Assembly (NCBI RefSeq): GCF_964194025.1
Contig: NC_134468.1
Location: 22,754,001 to 22,818,000, forward strand
Length of the DNA stretch: 64,000 nt
Direction: 5' to 3'
DNA from: Convolutriloba macropyga
Lineage: Eukaryota
Shown here: piece by piece, positions 37,101 through 52,531 of the stretch
How the letters are laid out: each line of letters starts with the position of its first letter
How positions within the stretch are numbered: position 1 is the stretch's first letter
Notes under the pieces: generated by a model
What the model saw: only the letters and a program-made list of their open reading frames with translations
Database searches by the model: none
Told to the model about the DNA's origin: nothing
Made by a program: the position numbers and the translations under genes

Positions 37101-39390
37101 AATGAATGGAGTAAAATTAAAATTCGCCCTTTCTTTTGTTTTTTAACTACTACTAGTCTAAGTCTACGCACTAATAAAATAGGTAGGTTCTATTCTGCCT
37201 CCCCCACCGCAGCTTAGTGAGCTTATAACTTTCAAGCCCCCAGGCACACGTGCTATTTTGTACACAGAAACTTGCCATATAACAACACTTAATTTTAAAT
37301 TGAGGGCTAAGAAAATACGCTGGGCGGGGGGGGGGACAACATAGATCTGATCTAATAAGTGCATAAGAAATTACTGATTTTTGGTGTGCTGATTTAAACA
37401 AGAATGGTATTCGCAAAGTGAAACATTCAGTAAGTTTCTTCACAATTAGCAGTCGTACATTAAGTTGCAAGTGTGAATTATATTTTGTCTCCATTAATGG
37501 ATCAAACTACACGATAGTCTTTATGATAGATAGTATTAATGGACAGTACTCTCGACGAAAGCACAAATCACGCTCATCAATATAAACCTGCATTAATTGG
37601 ACATCGAGAACAAGAAGGGCAGCAGACAAAGAATGTGAATAGAATAGCAATTGCAACCTTGAGGAGCCAAATAGCCCAGGCTGAGGTACCAGAGGGAAGT
37701 GACCTCTGACCAGACCCAAGTTCAACGCACACAGTGTGTTTCCAGACCAAAATTACAGGGTCTGTGAATTGGTTCGAGAGCACAAGTCTGAACAATGATC
37801 TGATTTTGTTCTGATTAGAGGTTACTTCCATCTGTGACTGTCTGACGATTGTTTTTCAAAGAGCCACGAATAGAAAGCGTTCTAATGAGAGACTAAATTA
37901 GAGTCTGAAGGCACTTATCTGAACCAATGAGTACAGTTAATAGCAATTGCTGGCACCAATTTCGAAAATTTTTTAGAAACCTCTTATCAAGACGTTTTCT
38001 GTAGTATGATTTTTTGGCAGTATTCTGAGAATTTGTTTTTTTTTAACAATTTACTGCAGATATCAATTTTTATGAAAAGAATAGAAAACAATAATTTTAA
38101 AAGATTTGTTTTTAACTAAACCCATTCTCAGCTGACAATTTCGAGCGCACTTAAGTCTGCTAAGTGGTGATCAGGGAGGCACTGGAGTCTGATCAGAGGC
38201 AATCTCGACCGCACTTGATTCTCATTACTGGCAATTTGAAGCGCAATTGACTCTGATCAGAGGCGATTTCACGCACACTTGTGTTTGATCACACGCAATT
38301 TCGAGCAAACTGATGTCTGATCAGAAGTCACTTGGAGCGCACTTCAGTCCAATTAGAGAGAATTTGGAGCGAAATTGAGTCTGATCACAGGCGATTTTTG
38401 AGCTAACTTGATCATTATCAGAGCCAATTGCGAGCGCATCTGAGCCTTATCAGAGGCGGATTCGACTGCAGACCATTCTGCTCATAGAAGTTTTAGAGCA
38501 CACACTAGTCTACTCAAAGGGATTCGACTGGATACGAGGTCGATCAGAGGTAGTTTTGAGCGCACAAACGTGTAAACAATGATCTGAAAAATATGTGGGC
38601 CTCACTGAATGACAATATAAAATATGGCCTGATGAGTCGCGTTTTTGGTCGAGGGATTGTTTATCAGAGATCAATTCAAGAGCACAAACATCTGGACAAT
38701 GGTATGAAATAGAACTGGCCAAAATGTGGTTGCTCAAAATTCTGAACAATCGTCTCATTTTAGTTTGATCCATTGTCACTTCTAAGTTTTAAGGGGGATT
38801 TTCTGATCAGGGAGAACATTGAGTGCATTTCGAGCCTACAGTTTTGAGCTCACATCAGTCATATCAGACGATGCTTTGGTCTGGGATGGTCTGCTTAGTT
38901 ATCACTTTTGTCTAAAACGTTTTGATCAAAGGTCACTTCTGTCTGGCATCTCAACCTGTTAACGTCGGAGAATAATTGGGATCTTAATTATCAAGATAGA
39001 CAAAATGTTCTAATTATTGTTGAACAGCTCTTGCAACTAGCTCGTTGTATCTCTTGTACCACAATTTTCTATTCTATCTTTTTTTCTCAGTGGCTTGAAC
39101 TATCTTTTAATCTTCTGTTGAAGTTTTTAACTTTGGCTAGGTGCTTTTCTTAGTCAGGTCAATCACTTGCCTTTCTTGCCCTTGCTCAGAAAGTTGATTT
39201 CTTATATTTTAGAGATGGTTCTTATTTTTCAAATCTCAATTTACTGAAAACAAGTTTTCTGGCGCAAAATGGTTGTGGAATAGATGCCTGGTCCAACTTT
39301 TACCGAGCTTTTAAAAACTCTCATCAATTGATTTACAGCTTAATTTTTATGAATTATCTTAAAACTTTATTTATTTGCAGGTGCTTTTAG
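34059..39390 (+). repeat. Local tandem segmental duplication/triplication
   Basis: 34059-36480 recurs at 37031-39390; 34441-34935 has a third, more diverged copy at 36535-37030. Confidence 0.92.
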
Positions 39391-42248
39391 TTTGCCATTT
39401 TTTCCATTTATTATATTAATTAGTTTGGGGTTCATCGTTATGGGTGAAATGGTCCAAAAAGGAAATCAGTTTACGGCAGAGAAACTTCAGTGGCGCGTTC
39501 TGGCTTCGTCCACTTTTTTTGTAGCTTTTTTTTGCATTTTTGTGTACATCTTTTCTTCGAATTTTGTGTTGACAATTGGAAATTGTTCGCATCCAATCTG
39601 AAACGACGGTAACTCTTACCACCTACTAAACTTTGAGCCAGATCCCCAATACGAATGACGCAGCAGGTCTTTTCTGTTTTTTACTTTGCTGAAAACGCAC
39701 ATGTCTTTGCTCAAAAGCTCTTCCAGTCATGACACTCGGAAACGAGGGTTCAGAAAGTGTAGCTCATTACCATCCCATTTTCATTAAAGGTTGTTGATTA
39801 ATTGTAAAATATCAACCCCTTTTTTAATGATGATGAACTCTGAGCCGTCATCTTTTCTATGTAGCCAAGGTTTACATGATTATATTTGATATTATACAAA
39901 TAATAAAATGATTTCCTAATACAAACCTCGAATAACTTCAACAAAATCATTCATGATCCTTGTATGAAATCAAAGGTCTTTGTCATTGTTAATGAAAGTA
40001 CAATTTTTTGACGTTCATCTAACAAGATCTTGTGTTGCAACATAATCATCCGGATCTTGCATCTTACAAGATAAGCTTCATTTGCAAGAATCTTTCAAGA
40101 TACGCGTCTGCGAGGCTTTCGACTAGCGAGGCTTTTGGGGAAGCTTAATTGGGTCATACTTATTATTCAGACATTTTGTTCTAAGTACTCGGTTTGATCG
40201 ACCTCTGATCTGCCTCATTTATAAACGTAACGCAATTTTCTTTTCATTACTTTGAGCCGTTGTTGTCCATATTCTTGCATAAAAATCAAACCCCTTAAAA
40301 GAACCTGAACCCGTATAAAACTGTAACCATAGAATGCGATATACATATATTATATTAGGTCTCGAAATTTAAAGTTCAGTTGTCAAAAGTGAAGGCTCCA
40401 TAGGTGATTGCACCTGAAGTGATTGAAATGCAAAACAGTCCCAACAACTTCCGCGAAAACTGTCAATAATTCTTACTATAATGCAGTTAATAACAAAAAC
40501 CTCTTATACCGTTTCACGAACGTTCCTTAAACATATTTACGTTATCACAAGTTTTTGTGCTAGTGGTTAATTTTAATTGCGTGAAAAATTTGTTTTGAAA
40601 ACAAAACAAATGTTAGTCAACAGGATTTGACAAGTTTTGTCAATAATAATAGATGTTGATCACACTTCTTTGCTCCGAAAGCGTCAATAAATTGTCCATT
40701 GCCAAAATTGGAGGTTGTCTTTTAAGGGAACGACCAATTACCTTCATAGCTAATCAATAAGTGATTATATGTAACAAACAAACTATGATCATTTCCTGTA
40801 AAAATGGATGCAATAATTTCACCCTAATGGGCTTTTCAGGATATTCTGAGAGACCATTTATGCTTGCCTCTTTAAGGCGAAACACCTGATATGGATGTCA
40901 ATGATGGCTCAAATATTGTAAGACAGTTATTGATAGGACTTGTATTCCTATCAAATGGGTTTTTTTGTTCAGACAAATTTGGCCGATCGACATAATCATC
41001 ATAGAGAGTTGTGAGTAGTATCATTAGAAAAAACGTCCATTAGGTTTAAAATTTTTTGAATAATAGACGTAATTCAGCTGTTTTAATTCACATTTTCGGT
41101 ATTTTTTTACTAAATTTTCGTCAATTTGCTAAAATATAATAAAATTGTTAACTGTAGTGTTTTCAATTTTATCTCTAAAGATAGAAGAGGACTGCTGAAT
41201 TGTTTGATCCGAGTTTTTAGGCTAGAATTTATGCTTTCTTGCTTTTTTTCAACCCTATTGCTTAAAATTTGCTGAAAGTGTACACCTTAAAGCTGCTGCC
41301 ATAATTTGTTTAGGATCAAAAAGAGCTAATTTTGATCCCGCTGGCTTTAGGAGTCTACTCCAATTATAATTTTGCCAGTTTTTTGCAAATTTAAACTCGA
41401 TAATTATACAAAAGGCATTACTTATTTTTGACAAACTGAAGAATTCTGTTTAAAAATTAATCTATTTTGCAACCATTGAAACAATTGAGTGCTTTGTTAG
41501 ACGCGCATTAATATCTGGGCTGATCTTGATCTCACTATGGATCTTTTCAATAGAAAGATTTTTAGATTTTAGTGGGGAGCGACCTTTTCAAAGTATTTCC
41601 ACTGTGTAAATATTTTTTGTGTAAATAACTGACCATAATTTCAAATCATAGCTCAATTATTGACAGATACTATCTAAAATAAACGAAGCCAAATGAAATT
41701 ATATTAAGGTTTCACAGTTAACCTCATGGTTTTCATGGCTCTGACCAATTGTTTCCCTAAAATTTTTATGAAATTCTTGAGTTTTGCTTTCTTTTGTTTT
41801 ACTTTTTGTTGCAGCATGTATAAGTGTCCACAACTAAAAATCCAGTTAGATTTTTAGGAAATGTCAATAAACCAAGACAGTTCTTTCAGCTGTTATCCAG
41901 TGTCTGTTATGACTTTGAATAGATTTGATTTAAGAAAATATCGGTTATTTTCTTTCAATTTTGCCACTATTTTATCTCATTTTTCTCAACTTCGGGCGCG
42001 GTCTCAGGAAACACAGACGGAAGACACTTTTCCGTGAGCGACAAATTAATGTCAGTAACAATTTTTTTCAACTAGTGATTTCTTTGTTTTGATTCTGAGC
42101 GTTTTCATTTTTTTAATTTTGAGCAAAATTTCTTATTTTATGAGCTCATTTTGTTTCCTTGTCGAACTATCACTTTATTGACAAGTCCAATGGAAAGAAA
42201 GCATATCCAAGAACATGCACTGCGTTCGAAAAATGAGTATCTGCATAT

Positions 42249-42290
42249 GTGAATAGTCTATGCTCTTTTGGCTGAGCATAGACTATTCAC
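42249..42290. repeat. Perfect 17-bp inverted repeat with 8-nt loop
   Basis: gtgaatagtctatgctc-ttttggct-gagcatagactattcac. Confidence 0.9.
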
Positions 42291-45200
42291 GCAAAATTTT
42301 GTTGATTTTTTTCTCGCAAAATTATCTCGCAAAATTTTGTTGATTTTTTTCTTTTTGCCTGTGTTTATCTCTCTTTTTGTTGATGTAAGTCATATACCTG
42401 ATAATGATCGGTCTCAATTGGTTCCCCTTGATTTATAATTCAACCTAGTTAAAGATTTCAGTTTTTAGCTGTTTGTTTTAATGACTTTCAAATTAAATAA
42501 AACGAAAAAATTTTTTCAACTGTCTCCTTTATGCTCTCATTTGTGTCACCATCAAAATCAATCTAACTCATTAGACTTCTCAGTAAGTTCTGCTGATTCA
42601 AGCATTTTTTTGCGCTTGTTTATGCGTTGTGAATGGTTGCTTCGTCTATTTAGTTTTACAAAAACTTTTCGAGATTTCTGTACTGTTCAAATTTTTGGGT
42701 TTCTTTTTGTTGTCATGTCTAAGTAATCATTTTATAAGGAAGACTCGTTGATGTTAAGACAAGGAAAAAGTGATGATTTATAATTTTTGCAGGTAACATC
42801 TTTCAATTATAGAGCCATGAACATTGTGATGTCGTAAAATTGTTTGAAGTCATGGCTTCTTTATGTATATAATGTTTTTTTTTGTGGGGGTCGTGAATGA
42901 GTCTCATTTTTAACAGCCCAATTGACTTCCTGAGGTGTTGCAACTGCATTCATTGCTCTTTGTTGAAATTTTAAATCAGATATGATTTTTCAAAATATTT
43001 GTTTTCAAAAACATATTTGGGTTTCTGAGCTTCGTCATTTTTTTAAGTAGTTTTTCTGAGCTTCGTCATTTTTTTAAGTAGTTTTTTTAGCTCAATCTCC
43101 GTAACCACAGGTCACAACCCGTTTCTAGTGAGCTATAATTTAATCTTTATAACGGTTTTATCTTCAACCATTATATGTTTCTTGGCTTTGTTACTACTGT
43201 TACTACGAGATTTCATGAAATGACTGAGATTTTCAAATTTTCGTTCATTTTAAAGGTTTTTTGTTTTCTTTTTAATTTATAACAATAAATATGGGTCCCG
43301 TTGGATTTGAAAATTTGCGCAATTGAAATCCACATATAGCATGCCTCAATTGCTTCCTATGGTGGCATGAAGAAAATTTTAGTGATTTCGGTTAATATCT
43401 AATGACATTACAAACTGTGAAATTAATTGTTTTCAAAAATAGAAACGTATTTTTTAACTTCACACCTCTTTGCTCTTTTTTGTCGACCTGTTAACCAGCT
43501 GCATTGGGGACAGGTCCCATATTTTTTCTAATGAAGTATAGATTAAATTGTTTTGTTGTTTTCTCTGATGCGAGTTTGATTTTATTATGATTTTTTTTAT
43601 TATAGACATCGAGATTTGGTCGTAGATAATATTTGTTGTTTGAATTTTTTCATTATCCCTTCTAATAGTCTGTCTTATTATCAACAACTTTCATCGGCCC
43701 TCTAGCGTGACTTTGTTGTATTGATTGATGTGTATGTTTTTGAAAGTGTTCTATCTCTTCATCATTTGGTAGCCAATTAAGTCAAGAATGTGGATGAGCG
43801 GGGTTGGAACATTATGTGCGTACGCACATTACCAAGCCTCCTTGTCTAATTATATTTGACAAATAGTACAACTTAACTTGAATTTCCCGGAATTTATTCG
43901 CGCAAAACATCTGCAATGATTCTGACAAGAGTTTTTGCCAAGTATTCTGATCAGGTTTTTTTATAGCTGGATCACAATCAATTTTAGAACAACGTTCTGG
44001 ACCTGAACCTCTCAGTAGAAAAATGAACTGAAGAAGAAATATGTTGGAATTTGTATGACCTTAATGACCAACGAAAAACCGAATGTCAATATTATTTCCA
44101 ATAGAATTAGCTTTTGATTTTGAACTGATTAAGATTACGCCACAAAACATACAATTTTGTAATTTTGCTGTTTTTGTGGGCTTTTTGGAATAAAAATGAC
44201 AATACTTCGGAAAATCATCTGATTTAACTTCAATACACTTCATCGTGAAAAAACGATAAATTGTCCAATAAAAATCGATACATTTATCGGCGACATTGAC
44301 CGTCTCTCAATTTTACGTCTAAACATAACTAATGTCGGCTATTTTGAGCATGCAATTCTTCAGAAAACTTTCCGATTATTTTAAACCTATATTGCGCGAA
44401 TAATATCACCCTCTAGTATTTCAATTTTTTCCAATGAAATTATTTTGCTGGAGTTTGAATGTTTTAAACTTGAGATTTGAGCACAATTTCTAGTTTGAAC
44501 AAAAACACAAAGGTCAGCCGGTTCTGGAAAACTCACAGAACATTTTAAAGGAATATTCATGTAAGAGAGTCCAAAAAGACTAATCCAAAATATGGATTAT
44601 TGATACGAAACGGCGCTCTTTATTTTCCATCTGAGATTTACTCAAACCATTTAGATGAGCAAAAATGCTGCAAATGAAGATCAATAAAGCTTTCTGTGAT
44701 TCTGTTCTCGATATCACGTTATAAATCACAGTGGGAATTAACTATTGTACCCGTGATGAACAATAACTGTGTTTACAACGTTGACGGTGAGCAGGGAAAA
44801 CAATTTCTAACAGTTTAGCCAGATTTCTCCAAAAAGGCCATCGTGGACCTTGAGGAGTACTTTTTTCAAATTTTAAGGAAAATTGACCGAGACTCCATTA
44901 CAATCACTTTTTGCCGAGCAAGTTTTAAATTTCAATCTTACATCTTGATGGTATGGGACATTAACAGTACTGCTAGTTTTTAATATTTTTGTGACATATT
45001 TGAACGTACTGCACCCTTGATTAACAATTTCAATTTCAATAGCTTTACTAGCAATGAAACTTTGAAACACTATCATGCAGCCCTTTTTATGATTGCAGTG
45101 TAATGACTCAATTTTTGTTTGAACGAAAGACAAAAGTTAACCGCTTCTAGAAGAGTAACAGAACATTTTATGCAAAAAGTCATTTATTAGAGCCCAAAAT

Positions 45201-48200
45201 GCTGAATCCAAAATGCGTACTTTTGATATGAAACTGCATTTTTGGTTTAAGAAGAGATATAAGGGTACTTCAGAATATGATACACCAATTTTACGCAACC
45301 AAATTTTGTGATAAATTTGCATACAAATGAGCACTTTTTTACACAAATTTTCTTTCTCTAGCTTACATCCGAGAATTACCCGAATTATTTAGATGAGAAA
45401 AAAAATGCTGAATAGTCCCAAAAACTATTCTTTTAATCATCATATTGCATCTAAAGCTACCACAGGTCCCTTGAAGGTGAGCTTGAATTTTGTGTATGAT
45501 CTCGATGCAGTATTATGAAATGAACATGATACAGAACTTACTTTCTGGGAGTCTAATCAATTGCGCGGGTTTTTCCATGTTATCACTTGAGACGTAAATT
45601 AATTTTTGAAGTAAAAACTGGGTTCTTTTTTGAACAGCAATGAGTGTTCTGCAGGTATGTAATGACATTCAATCTTGTTAATTTTAATTTTCTGTGTTCT
45701 AATGGTGCATGAAAATGGTGCCTGAATTTCTTGAACAATATTTCATCATAATTGACGCATTTGCAGAATTTTGCAACATTTCATTAATTTTCAACCATTC
45801 TATTACCTTCTTTGGAAGCATCTGTCATGCTTTCTTAAACGAAAACAGACAATCTATATTTCTACAGGGTAAACTGAATTAAACTTTTGATGCCGCCGTC
45901 ACCGTGAGAGATATAGCAAATGATATCCCTAGAGATTTCATAACCCAAAATCTAGAACTTTAGAAATTGTGTCCAGTACAACTCCCACTGGCTTTTCGGA
46001 GGAGAGTCAACCGAAATTGGATGCTTGATAAGTCTGGGACTAGCTGTCTTTTCCGATTGCCTATTCTACCCTCTGACACGGCTATCTTTCCTCTCCATAA
46101 TTTTCTCTCGCCATCTCATTCATTTTCCTGTGTTTCCTTTATCTCTCTCCCTAAAATTGGAACAACCTTGGGTCCTGAACAAGATATCAGCTTATATATT
46201 TCATTAATTAGCCGCCCCCCGCCATTCAAGGTTTCTGTCAGAGGAAATCTAATCTTTCAAATTCCAGCCACAACTGGGAAAAGGAGGGCAATTAATTGCA
46301 TCGGGATACTATTCCTATCATAACAATGGAAACAATTGTGACATCTCAACCCACGCTATCGTTCCCTAATTTGACATACCACTTTGAAGGAATGTAAAGT
46401 TATCGATAATGATGAAAAATGATGCTTTTGTAGGAGGCTTCGATTCCTAACATAGATAACAGAAACCAATTTTTCATTAAGAGACTGGTAAATGATGTGC
46501 AATTTTGAATGCTATTTTTGACACAACGAGTTATTAATTAGTTGAATCGAGTTTGGAACACCCAAAGATGAATTGGAAAAAAAACCATAATTAAAGACAA
46601 AATAAACAATTTAACATATTAGCATTATAATTTTCACTACAGATCAAGCTAAAGTTGGTGATTTGTGTTAAAAGTGTCGATCACCCAAAATATATTTTTA
46701 AATTGTTATTTAATAAGTAATTAAAAATGTGTACTAATTAATATAAACAGCACCAATTTTTGCGATTAATGGTCATTGGGCCAACCCACCAATTCATTTT
46801 AGGGGTCAGGAACTTTATGACAGCTCGACTTTTTTGTTTGATCAATTTTTCTGCAATCGACATCTTTTGCGGAGAGATACAGAGATGCTATAATTCTAAA
46901 ACTCTTGAAACACTGAATTGAATCATGAAATAATTTTTTCAATTTTTGAAATTCTGAAAAAAAATTCTACTTGAATTTAGAATAATTTATTTGTGAACTT
47001 CTAGTCTTCGTTTACTCTTAGATATAAGAAAAATGCGTCAAAAATACATTGAAATGGCATTAACAATTCGTTAACAGGAAGTTCTATCAAGATATGAACA
47101 AATTATTGCTGTTCAACAAAAATTCAGAATTTAGTTTTATGCAGGAGTTTGTTAATCAATTAAGACATACTTTTCAAACCCAAATTTATATACAATTGCG
47201 CAGTCTATAAAATTTCATGTGCAATAATTGATATAATTAAGTGAAACAAACCATTGAACTCAACAATTTAGTCATCACAGTTTAGCCCATTTGTATATCA
47301 GAATACAACTTCAGCTAGAATGCAATATATGTCCCTATGTCAAACATTTTCTAGAGAAGCGTGAAAAATTATTTGTTTTGGACTAAACTTTTACGAAGTC
47401 ATCGCTTGTACCTATATTTGGATTGCCCAGAAGTTAATTGACTGGCCGTTTTCGCTGGCTCTCTCGCTTAAAAAAACGGTTAACAAGACCAATAAAATCA
47501 ATTGAGTGTTAATATTAACCAGGAAAAAATGGGATGACATATAGCTGAGATTATTTAAAACTATTATTCTAGAATTTCTTAAGAACACTGACAAAAAACT
47601 TTTATTTTTCTGCTTCTATATCTTTATACTTTTCATAGTTATCAAAAAAAGCAATTAAAACGTTTGGTGAGTTTTTGTTGAACAGGCAAGTTTAAAAGAC
47701 GAACGCTGAGAATTGAAGTAAAAATCATTTTCCGGTACTCTTCTCCGATCAATCAGATTATCATTGTCTCTCTTCTTTGAAACCCCATATTTTTACATTT
47801 TCACCCCTCAAAATTTTCAAAACAAAACTATAACCCTTTTCCCAAACTCTTATCTTATTTGGTGTTTCGAGGGAAAAAGCTTTCAGCTCAAACATGATGC
47901 TTCTATGCTCCTAAGGAAGGGTTTCAAATCAGTACATCTCCTCATATCTCACAAGCATCTCTTCTCGTAAATTATGATTTAAGAATCATTAATTTAACGA
48001 ATCAACTTCGAATTTAAGCTTTAAACACATCTCGCGATTTAGGTTTAAAATGAAACAAGATGTGAAAACAGTTTTCCAATTCAAATTGATTGAAGAACAT
48101 GCTTTCCGATTCTCACAACAAAAGCAAATTTAAACTTTCCATGTAATTTTTTTAGAGAAACATAAAAAAGATGGTGATTTCGGTCAAAAATACAAAAAAA

Positions 48201-51200
48201 ATTGAGCAAACATGTGAATTTGTACAAAGATCAATTTAAAATGCGTTGTTGTACAAAACGCTTGCATGAAGTGTTCCTGATTTTATAAATTATAAGTTTT
48301 CAGCTAGTAAAAAGAGCAAAAAATGTGTAATTATCAGAAAAGAGCAATAACAAAACTTCATGATCTCTTAAAAACTTTACGTAAATACCAAAAAAGTTAT
48401 AACTTTGAATTTTGGATTCAAATTTCAGAAGAATTATATCATTGCGCCTTTAGTCAGTTTGAAAACAGTACTTGCCTAACTGTTTGCTGAAATGCTTTGA
48501 TGCTTTTTCCACAACGCATTTTGAATTTGACAACATCTAAACCTTGGCCTGAAATATTGATTAAATCCAAACCAATTTTATATCTAAACCATCTTGTGTA
48601 CAGTTATCTTTCCACCTCACTGCAATGATAAGAACATACCAATCAGTTTTTCTTTAAAACTATTGTAGTTTTGTACCGATCCACTGGAACTTTGCTAGGC
48701 AAAGACTGGTCAAAATACAGCTTTTTGACTCCTTTGATTCTTTTAGTGATGTCATTTTTAGCACTATTTGCTCCCCAAATGATTTTTAGAATATCGGCAT
48801 TTTGTTGTGAAAAATTTTCAAGCGATTCCTTTAAAAACGTGTTTCTCAGTTCTCTAAACTTTTAGTAGAGTACGATTTTTCTCTTTCATAAATGTCTTTC
48901 ACAAATTTAAAATTTAAAATTTTTTTGTCTTTCACAAATTCAAAAAAATTGCTGTCTAATTAACAATTATGCACCTATTAAAATGAAAACAAATCAAAAA
49001 GCATAAGTCAATGAACAAAGCAAGTACTTTTGCAAATAGGAAAGCGCAAGTGAATGTGTTTTTTTAATCGTCATCAATGCGTTTACTTACATTCCATTAG
49101 TTATAATTTAGGTTATTTTTTTGTAATAATCCGCAAGTTTTTAATTTTTTTGTTAATTCTTTTTTGTTTCAATATCGGTTATTTTTTTGGTAATAACCGG
49201 TTCATTTTGAGCAATTTAGTTATAAACAGTTTTCACAAAAGATGCCAAGAAATGTAAGTGAGCTTTTCCTACAGAACAAGTAAAGTTTGTGTTTCTTTCG
49301 AGAGAGGTGGTTTGATTCCCTAAAAAACTGTGCTGTGAAAATTTGGTGATCGAAATTAAATTTACTTGAATTAATGAGAGAAAACAGTGCAGAGCTTTGG
49401 ACTGCAGGGACTCTGTCAGTGTATAGTTTCCGTCATTGTTGAACAAAAACTTTATTGTTTTTCTTGCTTGGCAAAAACTTTCGTGTTATCATAGTAAAAT
49501 ATTTGCAAAAAATTATTGCTGTCTAAATTAACTTCGCTGGTTTTTTTGTTCTACCTCTGGTAAGAAAGTTATCTATGCGCCAGAAATAAAATAAACAAAT
49601 GATTTAAGGCTGGTTTAAAGTTGTCTTGATGTAATTTTTCAAAAATCGTTGTTGATTTTATGCCTCTTCAATTCAATTCTCGGTTCATTAAAGAAACACT
49701 GTATTTACAAAAAAACTTTTGCAAGGAATTCGGTTGGTTTTCAAACACTCACTTGGTTGAAACAATCAATTTTCATGTTGTTTTTCAGGAAACCTTCCAT
49801 TCATTGTACGAGAAAAATTACTTTATTTTTGGTTCGTGATTGCAGCTGGAAATTGAAATAAAGTGATAACATAATTGTGAATCCCATTGATAATCACCAT
49901 ATTGGCCAAACAAGGCTGTTGGAAATGATATACGAGGATTATAATACACTTTTAAGATGAATTTTGTTTTTAAAATTGAGAACTGAACCGCCCTTTTTTC
50001 TAATCTTTTGGAATTTGCCCACCAGCCTATGTTCAATATCTCTTTTTTTTACAAAAAATTACCGTGAAATAGATGAAAAATTCTATTTCCAATAGAAGTA
50101 GTTCTACTAATGTATTCAATCTGATCCTTTAAATGGATTAGCCAATTAAAACAAGTCAAAAACTCTTGCTTTGTCCTGACGTGACAAGAAACTCGCAGTC
50201 AGTTTTGCAGGGGAGGAAAATAATTGCCTCTTGCCTTATCATTCTTTTCAATAAATCTTTTTCAATAAATATTTTCTTATCTAATCTTTTCAATACACTG
50301 CGATAATAAACATGCATCAATCAGTTTTTGACTACAATTATTGTAGGTTTTTGCCAATCCATTACAATTTTGTCTTAATTAGAAGATCATGTTCTAGAAG
50401 GTCTTAAGTAGAATTTCATTTTCTAGTAGAAGATTCGCAAATTGATCAAAATGTGTTGTTGAGTTCTCTAAAACTTAAAATGTGTATCGGTTTTTTTTTC
50501 ACCAATGCGTAATTGTGTTTTCTATTTTTCATAAAATTTCTTGTCAAAACATTATTCTAATCACTATCTGCTTGATTAGGAAAACGAAAAGATTTTTCAA
50601 ATGTATCGAATATTAGGACATCCATTGATGTCAGCAACACACTTTTAGGAAGAAGCACAGGAACGGATTTCGCTGATGAAAAATTCAAGATAGTAAACAT
50701 GTTTTAAAAAGTCGAAAAAAACTTGGAGTCAATTGATCCTTTGATTGAATCATAGCTGCGTCGTAAAATTTACGGTCATATAGCGTGAATTTCAAGAACA
50801 AGAACCGAACAAAATCAAAATGAGCCTGCCTAACAAATTAAAACAGCTGCACTTCATAATCAACAAAGCATATAACCGCATATACCCCCGGTCTTTTATG
50901 GCTGCTCATTGATAGCAAAACATTGAAAAAATGCGTTAAAGATTTTTTAAAGAGTGCTCCCAAATGCAATATATCCAAATGCTTTGAAACATAATAAACA
51001 TATTTTGCAAAATAGTAGTATGTTGAATATCTTTTAATTTGAGTATCTTTTATTATGAAGCAAAGTAAGTTTATAATCTTTTTTATCTCACGGTACAACT
51101 GAAATTCACATAATGTTTTGAAAAACAGAAATTGGAATGCATTATAATGGGTTGCAAAAAGCCAGAAGACATAAAAGTCAAAAATCGCCCTTTCGTGTTT

Positions 51201-52531
51201 TATTATTTGAAGGTAGTTTTAAGTACAACAAGGAATGAAAGGTATGACCAAAGATGCTTAATTGTGCTTTAATCATGTTAATTTCTGTCGATAAAATTGT
51301 GAAACGTTTCTTTAACGAATTTGTTTTTGGGTTCTCATATTTTTTTCGAATATAGATTAGAAGATACGGTTGTGTAGAAATTATTTATGCACTTATTCAG
51401 CACCCAATTGTTTATTTCATCTTTTTTGTCGAAAGGTTTTGTGTTCATCTGATATTTTTTTTGTCTTTTTGTGATATATCATATTTTGTTGAAACATTTT
51501 CTTCAATTATTTGTCATTTGCTTCAAAACTCTGACTTAATTCTTCGTCAAAATTTGAGCCACACTAAGCACCATTTTGCCCTTTTTTTCCAATAGTAAAC
51601 GTACTCACTTTAATAATTTAACTCGCTTTTGATATTGTGATTATATAACAGCTTGTCAATATCATAGCAATGAAAAAAATTAGTTCAAATTTTTGCTTTT
51701 ACAGTAATTGACCGAAACCTTGCAAAGTCTGGTTTAAAATGCCATAAAGTGCACAATTTTCTGTAAATTGGGTTTTGGTATTCATATAAACAACAATATG
51801 CAATTCAATTTTATGGATGCTTTGAAGTGAGAATCTTTGAAGCACAGAGCGATGACTTTAATATGCATTTATCGTTTTAATTCTCTAGGTAAAATTTCTC
51901 ATGATAGTTTTTATTCTGTCTGGCGTTTATTTGGTATTCCATTTTCTGAAATCAGTTGCTCTATAGATCTGCACAAATAACCTTTTTCCTCGAACTATAA
52001 TATCACTTTCTGCTACCCAGATTTTCTTTGCCCGTTTTCAAATACTCTTATTTAACTAAAATATCTCCATCTTAAAATATAAATGGTGGATGCCGTACTG
52101 GCTGACAGAGTAGACGTAAAATGAGCATCTGGAGTAAAAAATGAACAGGTGGAGCTGTGATTGGCCAATTTGAAACGGTTGCACCCTGAGACAGAATTTA
52201 ATCACTCAAAACAAATATGATTTGACAAATACCTTTTGGATACTGTAAATCAAAATTTAAAAGCAGCATGACAAATTTTTATATCAAAATTGCTAAATTT
52301 ATTGGAAGCGTGAATGGATTTTTTCAACACTTGTCATCTCTTTTGCAAAACTGAAGGCAATTTTTGCATATAATTTAAATGAGCTAAATATAGACCAACT
52401 AAAGTACATACATACTACTAAATTACATACAGAAATATCATGCCGATAGGACATCACTGTCATATAGTTTTTAGTTCAATCTTTGGTGCACTTTGTACTT
52501 TGATTTTGAATTTTAGTTCCTAATTTAAAGT

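Noticed and set aside
38625-38660. CTGATGAG as a hammerhead ribozyme core (also near 35684)
   Set aside because: No stem II followed by GAAA; it is a variant of the TCTGATCAGA repeat motif.
34403-38779. Repeated short ORFs (MNLGLVRGHF.., MEVTSNQ.., MTMD..)
   Set aside because: They recur only because of the DNA duplication of repeat-derived sequence; no protein motifs.
39400-52500. Many 60-120 aa ORFs and isolated splice-like signals
   Set aside because: No recognisable domains or consistent exon chain; consistent with intergenic/intronic DNA and decayed repeats. Small exons could be missed.
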